NCBI GenBank assembly: GCA_028717385.1
Contig: JAQUNW010000001.1
Location: forward strand, 13,062 to 77,061
Origin: Dehalococcoidales bacterium
Lineage (GTDB): Bacteria; Chloroflexota; Dehalococcoidia; Dehalococcoidales; CSSed11-197
DNA length: 64,000 nt
Reading direction: 5' to 3'
Shown here: positions 10,354 through 19,316 of the stretch, in pieces
How the letters are laid out: the number at the start of each line of letters is the position of its first letter
Position numbering within the stretch: the stretch's first letter is position 1
Translations under genes and position numbers: made by a program
The notes under the pieces: generated by a model
What the model saw: the letters and a program-made list of their open reading frames with translations, nothing else
Database searches by the model: none
Told to the model about the DNA's origin: nothing

Positions 10354-11555
10354 TAGCAGTTACCCTTTTTTTGGCATTGTGCCTGGGTTTTTAGCGGAAG
10401 ACCCCAGATGTGGATAAAGCCAGGCGCTGCATTCTGATCAAAAAGATCACCTTTATCGTAGGTGGCCAGTGACAGATTGTAAAGAGAATAAGGTGATTTT
10501 CGGCCGACCACTATAGCATTTCCCTTAAAAAGTTTTACACGTACGGTGCCGGTTACATAGCGCTGTGTGCTTTCAACATAAGCTGCCAGGTCTTCGCGGT
10601 GATTAGAAAACCAGAGACCGTTGTATATAAGATCAGCATATTCCTGGGAAACTTTTTGTTTGAAGTTGCCCTGCTGCTTGGAAAGCACCAGGGCTTCTAA
10701 GGCGCGGTGGGCTTTAAGCAGCGTAACTGCAGCAGGTGCTTCGTAGATCTCGCGGGATTTAATACCAACCAGCCGGTTTTCGACCATATCGATACGGCCA
10801 ATGCCATGTTTTCCAGCAATCTCATTGAGTTTTTGTATCAACTCAAGCCCTTCCATTCTGGTGTCATTGAGTGCAACCGGGGTACCTTCTTCAAAAGTAA
10901 TTTCGATGTATTCCGCCTTATCCGGAGCGCGGTCAATCGATACCGTCATATCGTAGGCGTCTTCTGGTGGTTCATTCCACGGATTTTCCAGAACACCGCA
11001 TTCAACCGAGCGCCCCCAAACAGCCGCATCAACCGAATATGGGCTTTTAACGGTAACCGGAACCGGAATACCGTGTTTCTTGGCATAGGCAATGGTATCT
11101 TCCCGAGTCATGCCCCATTCACGAGCTGGAGCTACTGTTTTTATCTCAGGCGCCAGAGCAGAAACGCTAACTTCGAAACGTACCTGGTCATTTCCTTTGC
11201 CGGTGCAGCCATGCGCAATTGCAGTAGCACCTTCTTGCCTGGCTATTTCCACCATGAGTTTGGCCATTAGCGGGCGTGAAAGAGCAGTAGCAAGCGGGTA
11301 TTCACCTTCGTAAAAGGCATTTGCTTTTAGAGCGGGGAAGATAAAGTCGTTTACATAACTAAGCTTCGCATCGATTACCACTGCCTTGATTGCTCCTGCA
11401 TTGAGTGCCTTTTGTTTAACCAGGGTAAAGTCTTTTTCATTACCAACATCAATGGTTACGGCGATAATGTCCGTTCCATATTTCTCTTTAAGCCATTTAA
11501 TAGCGGCAGAAGTATCTAAACCGCCCGAGTACGCCAAGACTAATTTATCGTTCAT
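10353..11555 (-). CDS. argG: Argininosuccinate synthase
   Basis: 400 aa. AYSGGLDTS P-loop and GCTGKGNDQVRFE signature. Confidence 0.95.
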   Translation of the reverse strand: MNDKLVLAYSGGLDTSAAIKWLKEKYGTDIIAVTIDVGNEKDFTLVKQKALNAGAIKAVVIDAKLSYVNDFIFPALKANAFYEGEYPLATALSRPLMAKLMVEIARQEGATAIAHGCTGKGNDQVRFEVSVSALAPEIKTVAPAREWGMTREDTIAYAKKHGIPVPVTVKSPYSVDAAVWGRSVECGVLENPWNEPPEDAYDMTVSIDRAPDKAEYIEITFEEGTPVALNDTRMEGLELIQKLNEIAGKHGIGRIDMVENRLVGIKSREIYEAPAAVTLLKAHRALEALVLSKQQGNFKQKVSQEYADLIYNGLWFSNHREDLAAYVESTQRYVTGTVRVKLFKGNAIVVGRKSPYSLYNLSLATYDKGDLFDQNAAPGFIHIWGLPLKTQAQCQKKGNC

Positions 11556-11622
11556 TCATAGCCTCCGTTGCTAAAGTTTATCTATTATATAACAAAAGCC
11601 AAAGTGTATTATTTGGCGAGTT

Positions 11623-12516
11623 TTATATCAAATTGCGAGAGAGGAAAGCAATGAGTTCCTGCCTGAATTCTGTATATTCCCAGGTATAATAATGACCAGG
11701 TGCTCCGATATAAAAAAGGATATCACCAGGATTTTCCTGGTAAATTCCCAACATGGCTTCCAGGTTTGACCGTAAAATTGTGAACACATCACCATGGCTA
11801 AAGGAATCCGCAATTCTTCCGTTATGGCGCATTACCAGGGAGCGTTCGTGTTTAAGGCTCTTTTGTACAACCGTTGGACCAGTTTGGATAGCAAAAACGC
11901 GGGGATTATCTTTGAGCCGCCGAAAAGTTTCTTCAACTATAGTTGCGCCGTTACTTTCTCCGGTAAGAAGCACCTTAAGGTTTGGCAAGTTACGGGTAAG
12001 GAATGATACCCTGTTTGCCAATTCGGCAGCTTTGGCTGGAAATGCTCCCCAAAAGGCAATTGCTTCGCTAATAGCTCCTTCAAATGAAGAGCGTGTACGT
12101 TCGTAATCAACTACCAATATGTTTTCGCCGGAGTCTTTAAGGAAGTTTTCGATTCCTTCCATTACAGTAAGCCAACCTTTGGCATCTGTAACAGAATCCC
12201 AGCCGAAACCGCCGGTGTTAAAGATGACAACTGTATCAATATCAGTACATAGTTGGTAGATGCCAATAAGCTGATAAAAATAATCATCAGCGTTGGTTGT
12301 GCCTTCTCCGTAAAAGCTGATCGCCTGTTGTCTGGCATCTTCAACAACAGCAGCATCTACTCCGTTGATAGAATCAGCAAGGATATAGAATTTGCCATTA
12401 TCTTTTTGAAACAGGCGGTAGGGTTCAATGGTATGAGGCGCCGCCAGTACTATTACGAGGCTTGCCAGTACTAAGCTTGCTACGATGATATTAAATTTTC
12501 GGATGTAGCCGGGCAC
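11623..12516 (-). CDS. Hypothetical membrane-anchored protein, possibly alpha/beta-hydrolase-like (GESNG elbow)
   Basis: 297 aa with an N-terminal TM helix (IIVASLVLASLVIVLA) and a GESNG motif resembling a G-x-S-x-G nucleophile elbow. Its GTG start lies 1 nt after the argD stop. I recognise no family. Confidence 0.5.
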   Translation of the reverse strand: MPGYIRKFNIIVASLVLASLVIVLAAPHTIEPYRLFQKDNGKFYILADSINGVDAAVVEDARQQAISFYGEGTTNADDYFYQLIGIYQLCTDIDTVVIFNTGGFGWDSVTDAKGWLTVMEGIENFLKDSGENILVVDYERTRSSFEGAISEAIAFWGAFPAKAAELANRVSFLTRNLPNLKVLLTGESNGATIVEETFRRLKDNPRVFAIQTGPTVVQKSLKHERSLVMRHNGRIADSFSHGDVFTILRSNLEAMLGIYQENPGDILFYIGAPGHYYTWEYTEFRQELIAFLSRNLI

Positions 12517-12517
12517 A

Positions 12518-13702
12518 TTAAAAACCTTTTATTGATTTTTCCAGAAGACCAAGACCTTTTTCGACTTCTTCCTGTGTAATGATAAGAGACGGCATAATTC
12601 TGATTGCGTTGGGCTTCAGGCGGTTGATAAGCAAGCCATTATTCAGACATTTTAATACAAGTTCATCAGCTATGTCTTTTTCAAACTGGAGTGCCTGGAG
12701 CAAACCCATGCCACGATGGCTGGAAACAATATCGTAGTGCTGTACCAGGCTATCTAGCCCCTGGCAAAATAATCTACCCATGTCTGCAGCATGTGCCGGC
12801 AAATTGTTTTCAATTATATAAGAAACGGTGGCATACGCAGCTGCACAGGTAACTGGATTGCCCCCAAATGTAGACCCGTGTTCACCAGCGCCAAATACCG
12901 AAGCACGTTCTCTGGCGGCAATTGCACCCACTGGCAAACCACTACCCATCCCTTTTGCCAGTGTGATAATATCCGGCTCAATTCCAAAATGCATGTAGGC
13001 AAAAAGCTCACCGGTTCGCCCAATTCCAGTTTGAACCTCATCCAGGATTAAGAGAATATTTTTTTCGTCACACCATTTTCGGATAGCACGAATATATTCA
13101 TAATCAGCAATATTTACCCCGCCTTCGCCCTGTACAGGCTCAAGCATTACCGCGCAGGTTTTTTTACTGGTGGCAGCCTTAAGCGCTTCAATATTATTAA
13201 ACTCGACATTCACAAAACCAGCCGGAAGTGGAACATAAGGCGCTTGGTGGCGAGTCTGGCCACTGGCAGAGACCATGGCAAGAGTTCTGCCGTGGAACGA
13301 GCCTAAGGCGGTAATAACCTCGTAAGCTCCATTTAGATAACGGTGCCCGTAACGCCGCGCCAGCTTGACTGCCCCCTCGTTTGCTTCAGTGCCGCTATTG
13401 CAGCAAAAGACTTTATCCATACAGCTGTTCTCAACCAGTAACCTGGCCAGATTAAGTTGAGGAATAGTGTAGTAACTGTTGGAAGTGTGAATCAGCTGAG
13501 CTGCCTGTTTGCACACAGCATCAACCACAACCGGATGGCAATGGCCGAGCGAGTTAACTGCCCAGCCGGCAACAAAATCAAGGTATTCTTTTCCATTTTC
13601 ATCCCAGACCTGGTTGCCTTGCCCTCGTACCAGCGTTATCGGTAGACGCTTGAATGTTGGCATATAGTAATTTTTTTCTTCATCAAACCATGTGCTGCTC
13701 AT
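12518..13702 (-). CDS. argD: Acetylornithine aminotransferase
   Basis: 394 aa. Class III aminotransferase with LILDEVQTGIGRTG and a TLAKGMGSG lysine motif, in arg-operon context. Confidence 0.9.
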   Translation of the reverse strand: MSSTWFDEEKNYYMPTFKRLPITLVRGQGNQVWDENGKEYLDFVAGWAVNSLGHCHPVVVDAVCKQAAQLIHTSNSYYTIPQLNLARLLVENSCMDKVFCCNSGTEANEGAVKLARRYGHRYLNGAYEVITALGSFHGRTLAMVSASGQTRHQAPYVPLPAGFVNVEFNNIEALKAATSKKTCAVMLEPVQGEGGVNIADYEYIRAIRKWCDEKNILLILDEVQTGIGRTGELFAYMHFGIEPDIITLAKGMGSGLPVGAIAARERASVFGAGEHGSTFGGNPVTCAAAYATVSYIIENNLPAHAADMGRLFCQGLDSLVQHYDIVSSHRGMGLLQALQFEKDIADELVLKCLNNGLLINRLKPNAIRIMPSLIITQEEVEKGLGLLEKSIKGF

Positions 13703-13710
13703 AAAAATCC

Positions 13711-14511
13711 TTAATCCGGGAATATACGCGTACCGTTATTTCCCTCAATTATTTCGTTATAGAGACTGTGCGGGATGCTACCATTAATTATAGAACAAAT
13801 AGTAACCTTGTTAGAGGCTGCGTCAAGACAAGCGCGGATTTTAGGTATCATGCCACCATAGGCAACTCCGCTTTCTATTAACAGGCGCGCCGTGGAAGCC
13901 GGTATATTGGTTATAATCTTACCGCTTTCATCTTTAATTCCATCGACATCAGTCAGAAAAACCAACCTGCCAGCTTTAAGTTCGGCAGCAATAGCACCAG
14001 CGGCGGTATCTCCATTGATATTCAGTAGAGAGCGTTCTCCTCCCTGCCTGTCGTACGCATGAAGGCTAACCGGGGATATTACCGGAATAAAACCCCCTGA
14101 GATGATTGCCTGTAGCGGTGCAGAATCTACCTTGACCACTGCTCCGACGTATCCCCTGGCGCGATCCTTGATTTTCCCTTGAATCAGCCCACCATCCACA
14201 CCGCTAATTCCAATTGCTTTACCACCGGCATCCTGGATTGTAGCTACTATTTCCTTGTTTGCCAGCCCGGCAAGCACTGCGGTAACTACATCCAGAGAGG
14301 TTTCGTCGGTTATGCGTTCACCCTCATAAAATGTGGTGGTGCAGTTCTGCTTTTTAAGCCAGTTAGTGACCAACGAGGCACCACCATGGATGATTACAAC
14401 CGGTTGTCCTTCTTTTTGCAGGCGTATGATATCAGTGATTACGGTATCCCTGCTGTTATATACGGAACCGCCAAGCTTGATAACGATAGCTTTTTTTAAT
14501 GCATTTTCCAT
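13711..14511 (-). CDS. argB: Acetylglutamate kinase
   Basis: 266 aa. VIKLGGS, VIIHGGA and NINGDTAAGAIA motifs. Confidence 0.9.
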   Translation of the reverse strand: MENALKKAIVIKLGGSVYNSRDTVITDIIRLQKEGQPVVIIHGGASLVTNWLKKQNCTTTFYEGERITDETSLDVVTAVLAGLANKEIVATIQDAGGKAIGISGVDGGLIQGKIKDRARGYVGAVVKVDSAPLQAIISGGFIPVISPVSLHAYDRQGGERSLLNINGDTAAGAIAAELKAGRLVFLTDVDGIKDESGKIITNIPASTARLLIESGVAYGGMIPKIRACLDAASNKVTICSIINGSIPHSLYNEIIEGNNGTRIFPD

Positions 14512-14524
14512 ATCAGTGCCTTTG

Positions 14525-15742
14525 CTAAGTTGTGTACTCGCTGTTTATGGTTACATATTCCTCGCTCATATCACAACCCCAGGCTGTAGCAGTGCCTTTT
14601 CCAAGGTTCAAGTTCAAATTAATGACTATTTCTTCCTGTTGGAGCTTGGAACGCAGCGAGGATAACTCAAAATCCAGTACTTTACCTTCTTGCCATATTT
14701 TAATGCCGCCAATCGTGAGGCTTAACCGGCTTTCTTCAAATGCGGCTCCGCTGCTACCAGCGGCGCTGACAATTCGCCCCCAGTTAGGATCAGCGCCGTG
14801 AATGGCGGTTTTAACCAGGTTGGAGCTAGCGATAGCTTTAGCGACAATACGAGCTTCTTTTTTAGAACGAGCGCCGGCAACATTGGCAGTAATAAGCCGA
14901 GTTGCACCTTCACCGTCAGAAACAACCGAGCGGGCAAGAAAAATGCAAACGTGGTCCAGAGCTTCCTGAAACACTCTCATTGCACGGGATCCGGTTTTGA
15001 TAACCTGATTCCTAGCAAGGCCGTTCGCCATGACAAGCAGAGTATCATTTGTTGATGTGTCCCCATCAACAGTAATCATATTGAATGATTTGTTACCAGC
15101 TTTTCTCAGGGCAGTTTCAAGGGCTTCCAGCTCTATAGCTGCATCTGTAGTAATAAAGCACAGGGTTGTTGCCATATTGGGGGCAATCATCCCTGCACCC
15201 TTTGCCGCGCCGGAAATTGTATAGTCTCCTCCGCCAGATTTCACTTTAACCGCAATTTCTTTCGGGCGGGTATCGGTGGTCATAATCGCTCTGGCAAAGG
15301 CTGCCCCACCTTCGTTGGACAGACTTATTAAAGGCAAATGCCATGCTATCAAGTCAACTGGAAGAGGCTTGCCGATAACACCGGTACTCATTGGTAAAGC
15401 GCATTCCGGTTTTAAGTTCAGTCTTGCCGCTGCCAGGTCTGCCATAAAACGAGCATCAGCCATGCCTTTTTCACCGGTACAAGCATTAGCGACACCGCTG
15501 TTTACTATCAGTGCCTGGATGCAGCTGGAAGGTAGGCGATCACGGCTTATAAGTACCGGAGCAGCTTTTACCCGGTTAGTGGTGAACAGGGCACATGCAT
15601 TGCATGGTGCTTCAGAATACAGCAGGGCGAGATCCATATTGTGAGGTGGGTGCTTGTTGATGCCGGCATAGGTTGCGCCAGCTTGAAACCCGCGGGAAGA
15701 AGTAATACAGCCGTCTTGAATTTGAATAATATTATCAGACAT
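14525..15742 (-). CDS. argJ: Bifunctional ornithine acetyltransferase / N-acetylglutamate synthase
   Basis: ArgJ motifs are present, including the autoprocessing-site context ATTLCFITTDA and a GANPNWGR-like DPNWGR. The start is taken at the internal Met (MSDNIIQ...) at 15742, because the upstream 20 codons of the ORF-track call look non-coding. Confidence 0.9.
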   Translation of the reverse strand: MSDNIIQIQDGCITSSRGFQAGATYAGINKHPPHNMDLALLYSEAPCNACALFTTNRVKAAPVLISRDRLPSSCIQALIVNSGVANACTGEKGMADARFMADLAAARLNLKPECALPMSTGVIGKPLPVDLIAWHLPLISLSNEGGAAFARAIMTTDTRPKEIAVKVKSGGGDYTISGAAKGAGMIAPNMATTLCFITTDAAIELEALETALRKAGNKSFNMITVDGDTSTNDTLLVMANGLARNQVIKTGSRAMRVFQEALDHVCIFLARSVVSDGEGATRLITANVAGARSKKEARIVAKAIASSNLVKTAIHGADPNWGRIVSAAGSSGAAFEESRLSLTIGGIKIWQEGKVLDFELSSLRSKLQQEEIVINLNLNLGKGTATAWGCDMSEEYVTINSEYTT

Positions 15743-15823
15743 AAAAGTAAAACATACCTCAACAAATACCAAAGAACCGAATAAATAATATATAAGGTTC
15801 ACTGGTAAAACTAAGTTTAATAG

Positions 15824-16153
15824 TTAACTGGAAGGATCGGAAGTTGTGCCGGGGACAGGTTTAGAAGGCAAGGTGCGCCGGCGTTTCCAGCCAAGCATGG
15901 CAAGGAGTTCGCCAACTGCAACATCACTTCCTTCATCAACCAGGGGAACGTTAGAATGTATACGATAACGGTTTTTACGACCGGTTTTAATCTTGGTTAT
16001 GTACCCTTCATTTTCAAGGTCATTGATGATTTTATGGGCGGTGCGTTCGGTAATGCCTACGGTATCACCAATCTCCCGCGCGGTGCTCTTGGGTTGTTTG
16101 GCAATGGTTGCCAGCACCAGCCCATGATTAGTAAAAAAAGACCAATCTGCCAT
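15824..16153 (-). CDS. Small winged-helix DNA-binding regulator (MarR/ArsR-like HTH)
   Basis: 109 aa. STAREIGDTVGITERTAHKIINDLENEGYI is a clear HTH plus wing. The gene lies directly upstream of the arg operon. Confidence 0.7.
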   Translation of the reverse strand: MADWSFFTNHGLVLATIAKQPKSTAREIGDTVGITERTAHKIINDLENEGYITKIKTGRKNRYRIHSNVPLVDEGSDVAVGELLAMLGWKRRRTLPSKPVPGTTSDPSS

Positions 16154-16219
16154 TTTCTAACATCCTTAATAGACCAAATTACCCAAACCAGAACTGTTTT
16201 GACATAATTGACTAAAGAC

Positions 16220-16296
16220 GGTATAATTATACCTGAAATTGTATTCAAGAATTATAACTATAGCATTAATAGTTATGTGTTAACACTCTAGTTATG
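16220..16296. promoter_or_regulatory. Operator-like palindromes in the divergent intergenic region
   Basis: Perfect 14-bp palindrome GGTATAATTATACC (16220-16233). Inverted repeat ATAACTAT-N7-ATAGTTAT (16254-16276). A further direct copy of TAGTTATG at 16289-16296. Confidence 0.35.
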
Positions 16297-16363
16297 ATTG
16301 ACATTAGTATTACATTACGAAGTTTAAATTGTCAAGGGAAGAAGGGGGAAATTAGGGTAAAAT

Positions 16364-16789
16364 ATGCTGCAGTGCCTTTTATCATTCTTTGTTGGTGGCG
16401 GTTTACTGGCGCTTGTGTCGTTTGTGGCACAAAAAGGTAACGCTACATTAACTATTCTTGTTGCCAACATACCGGTAATGTTTCTGCTCAATGTCTTGAG
16501 CACATATCGGGTTGGTGGCGTAGATGGCAGCCTGAACTTTGCTAAAGGCGCTTTAATGTATTTGCCCTTCTACATCATCTTCGTGTTGATTACCATGTGG
16601 CTGATACCCCGCCTTGGTTTGCCTGGTGCGCTTTTCCCGGGTTTGCCAATATTTGTTATTCCGGCGTTAATCAGAAGATGGCGAGCCCGCATAAATATGC
16701 GTGCAAGGCTGGATCAAACTGCGCACCAACTGGCAGAAGCCGCCTACCCGGCGGATAATACCAGCAACCAAAGTGGCGCTACTGCCTAA
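16364..16789 (+). CDS. Small integral membrane protein (about 4 TM; family uncertain)
   Basis: 141 aa, hydrophobic, with a polar C-terminal tail. A terminator hairpin follows. Confidence 0.55.
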   Translation: MLQCLLSFFVGGGLLALVSFVAQKGNATLTILVANIPVMFLLNVLSTYRVGGVDGSLNFAKGALMYLPFYIIFVLITMWLIPRLGLPGALFPGLPIFVIPALIRRWRARINMRARLDQTAHQLAEAAYPADNTSNQSGATA

Positions 16790-16809
16790 AATATTTTAAC
16801 TCACATGAG

Positions 16810-16839
16810 AGAGGGCTTAAATTAAGCCCTCTTTTTTTA
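16810..16839 (+). terminator. Rho-independent terminator
   Basis: AGAGGGCTT-AAATT-AAGCCCTCT stem-loop followed by a T7 run. Confidence 0.55.
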
Positions 16840-17160
16840 TGATTACCCCTTTCAATTACCACGGGTGTATAATTGGGCATCCATAAACTTATGCCATTCT
16901 TGAGCACCCCTATTGTAACCCGGAGCACACTTAAAAACATGTTACCGTTGGCTACCCATATACACGTGTCATTCTTTAACAAAGGAAAGAATCTCACACG
17001 GATTGTGCCCGTATTATCGAAAACGTTAGTATAACTAACTCCGGATGATATCATCTGGCACTTAAACATCATACATGCGTAAACGATATTACATAATTGA
17101 TATATAAAAATATCCGCTTGCCTAAAGTGGCAGATTTTTGCTAGACTTTAATCCGCACGT

Positions 17161-17236
17161 GGGCCGTTAGCTCAGTTGGTAGAGCACCTGACTTTTAATC
17201 AGGGTGTCACAGGTTCGAGACCTGTACGGCCTACCA
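17161..17236 (+). tRNA. tRNA-Lys (anticodon UUU), CCA encoded
   Basis: Hand-folded cloverleaf. Acceptor GGGCCGT/ACGGCCT (G1-U72 wobble), D arm GCTC/GAGC, anticodon stem CCTGA/TCAGG with loop CTTTTAA, T arm ACAGG-TTCGAGA-CCTGT, then discriminator A and CCA. Confidence 0.9.
17192..17234 (+). repeat. Direct repeat copy 1 (attL-like; anticodon loop to 3' end of tRNA-Lys)
   Basis: The 43 nt CTTTTAATCAGGGTGTCACAGGTTCGAGACCTGTACGGCCTAC are identical to 21569-21611. Confidence 0.9.
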
Positions 17237-17267
17237 GTTAGCTTCAAAGGGGAAATGCTCCAATCGT

Positions 17268-17298
17268 AAGAGGCGCCTTTTAAGGCGCCTCTTCTTTT
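17268..17298 (+). terminator. Rho-independent terminator after the tRNA
   Basis: AAGAGGCGCC-TTTTAA-GGCGCCTCTT followed by CTTTTG. Confidence 0.55.
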
Positions 17299-17401
17299 GT
17301 TAAAAAGTGCAATCCGGCGCCCTGACTGATAAGAAAGCCAAAATGATTCCCGCCACTACTTGCCTCACAGTCACTTCACAATAAAGGGGGCAAGTATTAC
17401 G

Positions 17402-18544
17402 ATGAAGGCACGAAAAAACTTTCGGTGGGAAGACATGGAAAAGGGTGGCATTGAACTGGGTCAACTCATTCAACACTACGAGGTGTTTAACCGCAGTGAA
17501 GGAAAATCACCCCAGACGGTATCATGGTATAGCGAAGCTCTTAACGCCTTTCTGCGCTGGCTGCAGATGGAGAACATGCCAACCAGGCTTGGTAATGTTG
17601 GCGAGAACGAAGTACGTGCATTTGTATTATATCTATACAGCAAAATAATCAGAGGCAAGCCGCTTTCAAAACACTCAGTTGCCAATCGAGTCCGGGCGCT
17701 AAGAGGATTCTACTCGTGGCTTGCTTGGAAGGGTTATACCGATGGGCATGTTCTGGCCGATTTCAAGCCACCTAAAACGACACAGTTGCTGGTTGAACCC
17801 CTTACACCACAAGAGATAGACCAGTTATTTAGCAATATTAATCAGAGCACGGCTCTCGGAGCAAGAAACGGAGCTATACTAGCGCTTTTTCTCGATACCG
17901 GTATTCGATTGTCGGAACTGGCAAACTTAAAAGAAGCGGACGTCCACCTGGACCAGAGATACTTTAAAGTACTGGGCAAAGGTTCTAAGGAACGTATCGT
18001 GCCTTTTGGTGCCGATTGCCAGAAGACCTTGCTTCACTACTACTATCATTTCCGGCAAAGGCCGGCTCATCAAGGTATAGACACGTTTTTCCTGACGCTG
18101 GATGGTTATTCTATGACGACTACCGCCGTCAAGTCGATGATTAGACGCCTGGCAAAAGCCGCTAATGTTCCAAGGATACACCCTCATCTTTTCCGGCATA
18201 CTTATGCAACAAGATTCTTGCTCAACGGGGGTGATGTCTTTTTGCTTAAACACAACTTGGGCCATTCTACTCTTATGATGGTAGAGCACTATCGGCACAT
18301 AGCCAGCAGATGTTCTTTAAGGGAGGAGAAATCAAATCCTGGAACACCGAAAGGAGATGCAGGCACAAACAATAAATCGTCGCAGAAACTACAACCGGTA
18401 CCTGCGGGAGCTTGTGAACGCTACTTGATTATGCTAAAGTCTTCGGTTGGAAAACTGTCCCATTTCGCTGACTGCCAACAATGGCTTGTTCATTCAGAAG
18501 GCACTGCGTTCCATCCTCATTCTCAAGCTTTGATTGATTTCTAG
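17402..18544 (+). CDS. Tyrosine-type site-specific integrase/recombinase
   Basis: Has an N-terminal SAM-like domain. Catalytic region shows GIRLSELANL, GKGSKERIVPF, HLFRHTYAT, LGHSTLMMVEHY (R..HxxR..H..Y). The start is taken at the Met at 17402. An unusual tail of about 80 aa follows the catalytic Tyr. Confidence 0.85.
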   Translation: MKARKNFRWEDMEKGGIELGQLIQHYEVFNRSEGKSPQTVSWYSEALNAFLRWLQMENMPTRLGNVGENEVRAFVLYLYSKIIRGKPLSKHSVANRVRALRGFYSWLAWKGYTDGHVLADFKPPKTTQLLVEPLTPQEIDQLFSNINQSTALGARNGAILALFLDTGIRLSELANLKEADVHLDQRYFKVLGKGSKERIVPFGADCQKTLLHYYYHFRQRPAHQGIDTFFLTLDGYSMTTTAVKSMIRRLAKAANVPRIHPHLFRHTYATRFLLNGGDVFLLKHNLGHSTLMMVEHYRHIASRCSLREEKSNPGTPKGDAGTNNKSSQKLQPVPAGACERYLIMLKSSVGKLSHFADCQQWLVHSEGTAFHPHSQALIDF

Positions 18545-19137
18545 ACACTTTCAACTTCTTGTTGATAATCTTCTTCGACCGATAAATCAGATTCCTTAAA
18601 ATATGACCTTACATAATCAAGATTTTTATATGTCTTATTTTTGTTTGGTACTTTAGGAAGCTCAGGATTGTAATCAAGTAAATAACTCCATAAACAGCTA
18701 ATATCAAACTCTTCTTTGCAGTATGGACATGCTGGATATGGGGAAGGATTAACCATTACATGATTAATTTCTATAGGTTCAAGTTGTATAGTAACCCAAT
18801 CCTTTATTAAAAAAACTTTATTGCATTTCCAACACCATCCATATTCACTAGCAGATTTTTTCACTAAATACTTTGATTTAACAATTTCGAAAATACCATT
18901 CTCCAAAGCTTTTACTATTGCCTGTGAGCGGTTCTTTGCGTTTAGTTTTATCATTACGTTATAGATGTGATTTCTAACCGTGTTGATGCTGATACCAAAT
19001 TGTTTCGCTATTTCACTTTGTTCCTGGCCTCTTGCTAACAAAAACAGCACTTGGAGTTCCCGGAAAGTAACGTGAATGTTATTTTCAAGTATGTAGCCTT
19101 TGTCTTCAGCGTTGCCTTCAATTAGCCGTATGCCCAT
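18541..19137 (-). CDS. LuxR/GerE-type HTH protein with C-terminal Cys4 zinc-ribbon-like domain
   Basis: 198 aa. FRELQVLFLLARGQEQSEIAKQFGISINTVRNHIYNVMIKLNAKNRSQA is a GerE HTH. The C-terminal half carries CWKC...CPYC. Confidence 0.75.
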   Translation of the reverse strand: MGIRLIEGNAEDKGYILENNIHVTFRELQVLFLLARGQEQSEIAKQFGISINTVRNHIYNVMIKLNAKNRSQAIVKALENGIFEIVKSKYLVKKSASEYGWCWKCNKVFLIKDWVTIQLEPIEINHVMVNPSPYPACPYCKEEFDISCLWSYLLDYNPELPKVPNKNKTYKNLDYVRSYFKESDLSVEEDYQQEVESV

Positions 19138-19144
19138 GTTTTTA

Positions 19145-19153
19145 CCCCCCCCC
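19145..19153. repeat. C9/G9 homopolymer in the 5' leader of the regulator gene
   Basis: Read on the minus strand, GGGGGGGGG-TAAAAAC-ATG sits at the position of the ribosome-binding site. Confidence 0.8.
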
Positions 19154-19316
19154 TTCGATAGTCAATATAGCCATATAGTAATAACCACTATATAAATTGT
19201 ACCATGCCCTGCAATAGTCAAAATTACTAGCTTGACCTTGGGTGTATAATGAGAAAGGTATTTTATAAATGTATTAATAATAGAAAGATTGTCTAAAATA
19301 TATAATACATAAGTTT

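Noticed and set aside
1073-15765. Dozens of 60-200-aa ORFs antisense to or out of frame with argS, recG, degV, DAK2, argH/G/D/B/J (for example 1073-1402, 3442-4065, 7428-7745, 10707-11270, 15276-15644)
   Set aside because: All lie wholly inside long ORFs with clear family motifs. Their translations are low-complexity or Ser/Arg/Cys-rich, as is typical of shadow frames.
16779-17072. 97-aa minus-strand ORF between the membrane-protein terminator and the tRNA
   Set aside because: It has no recognisable motif and no RBS, overlaps the upstream gene end and terminator, and its composition looks intergenic.
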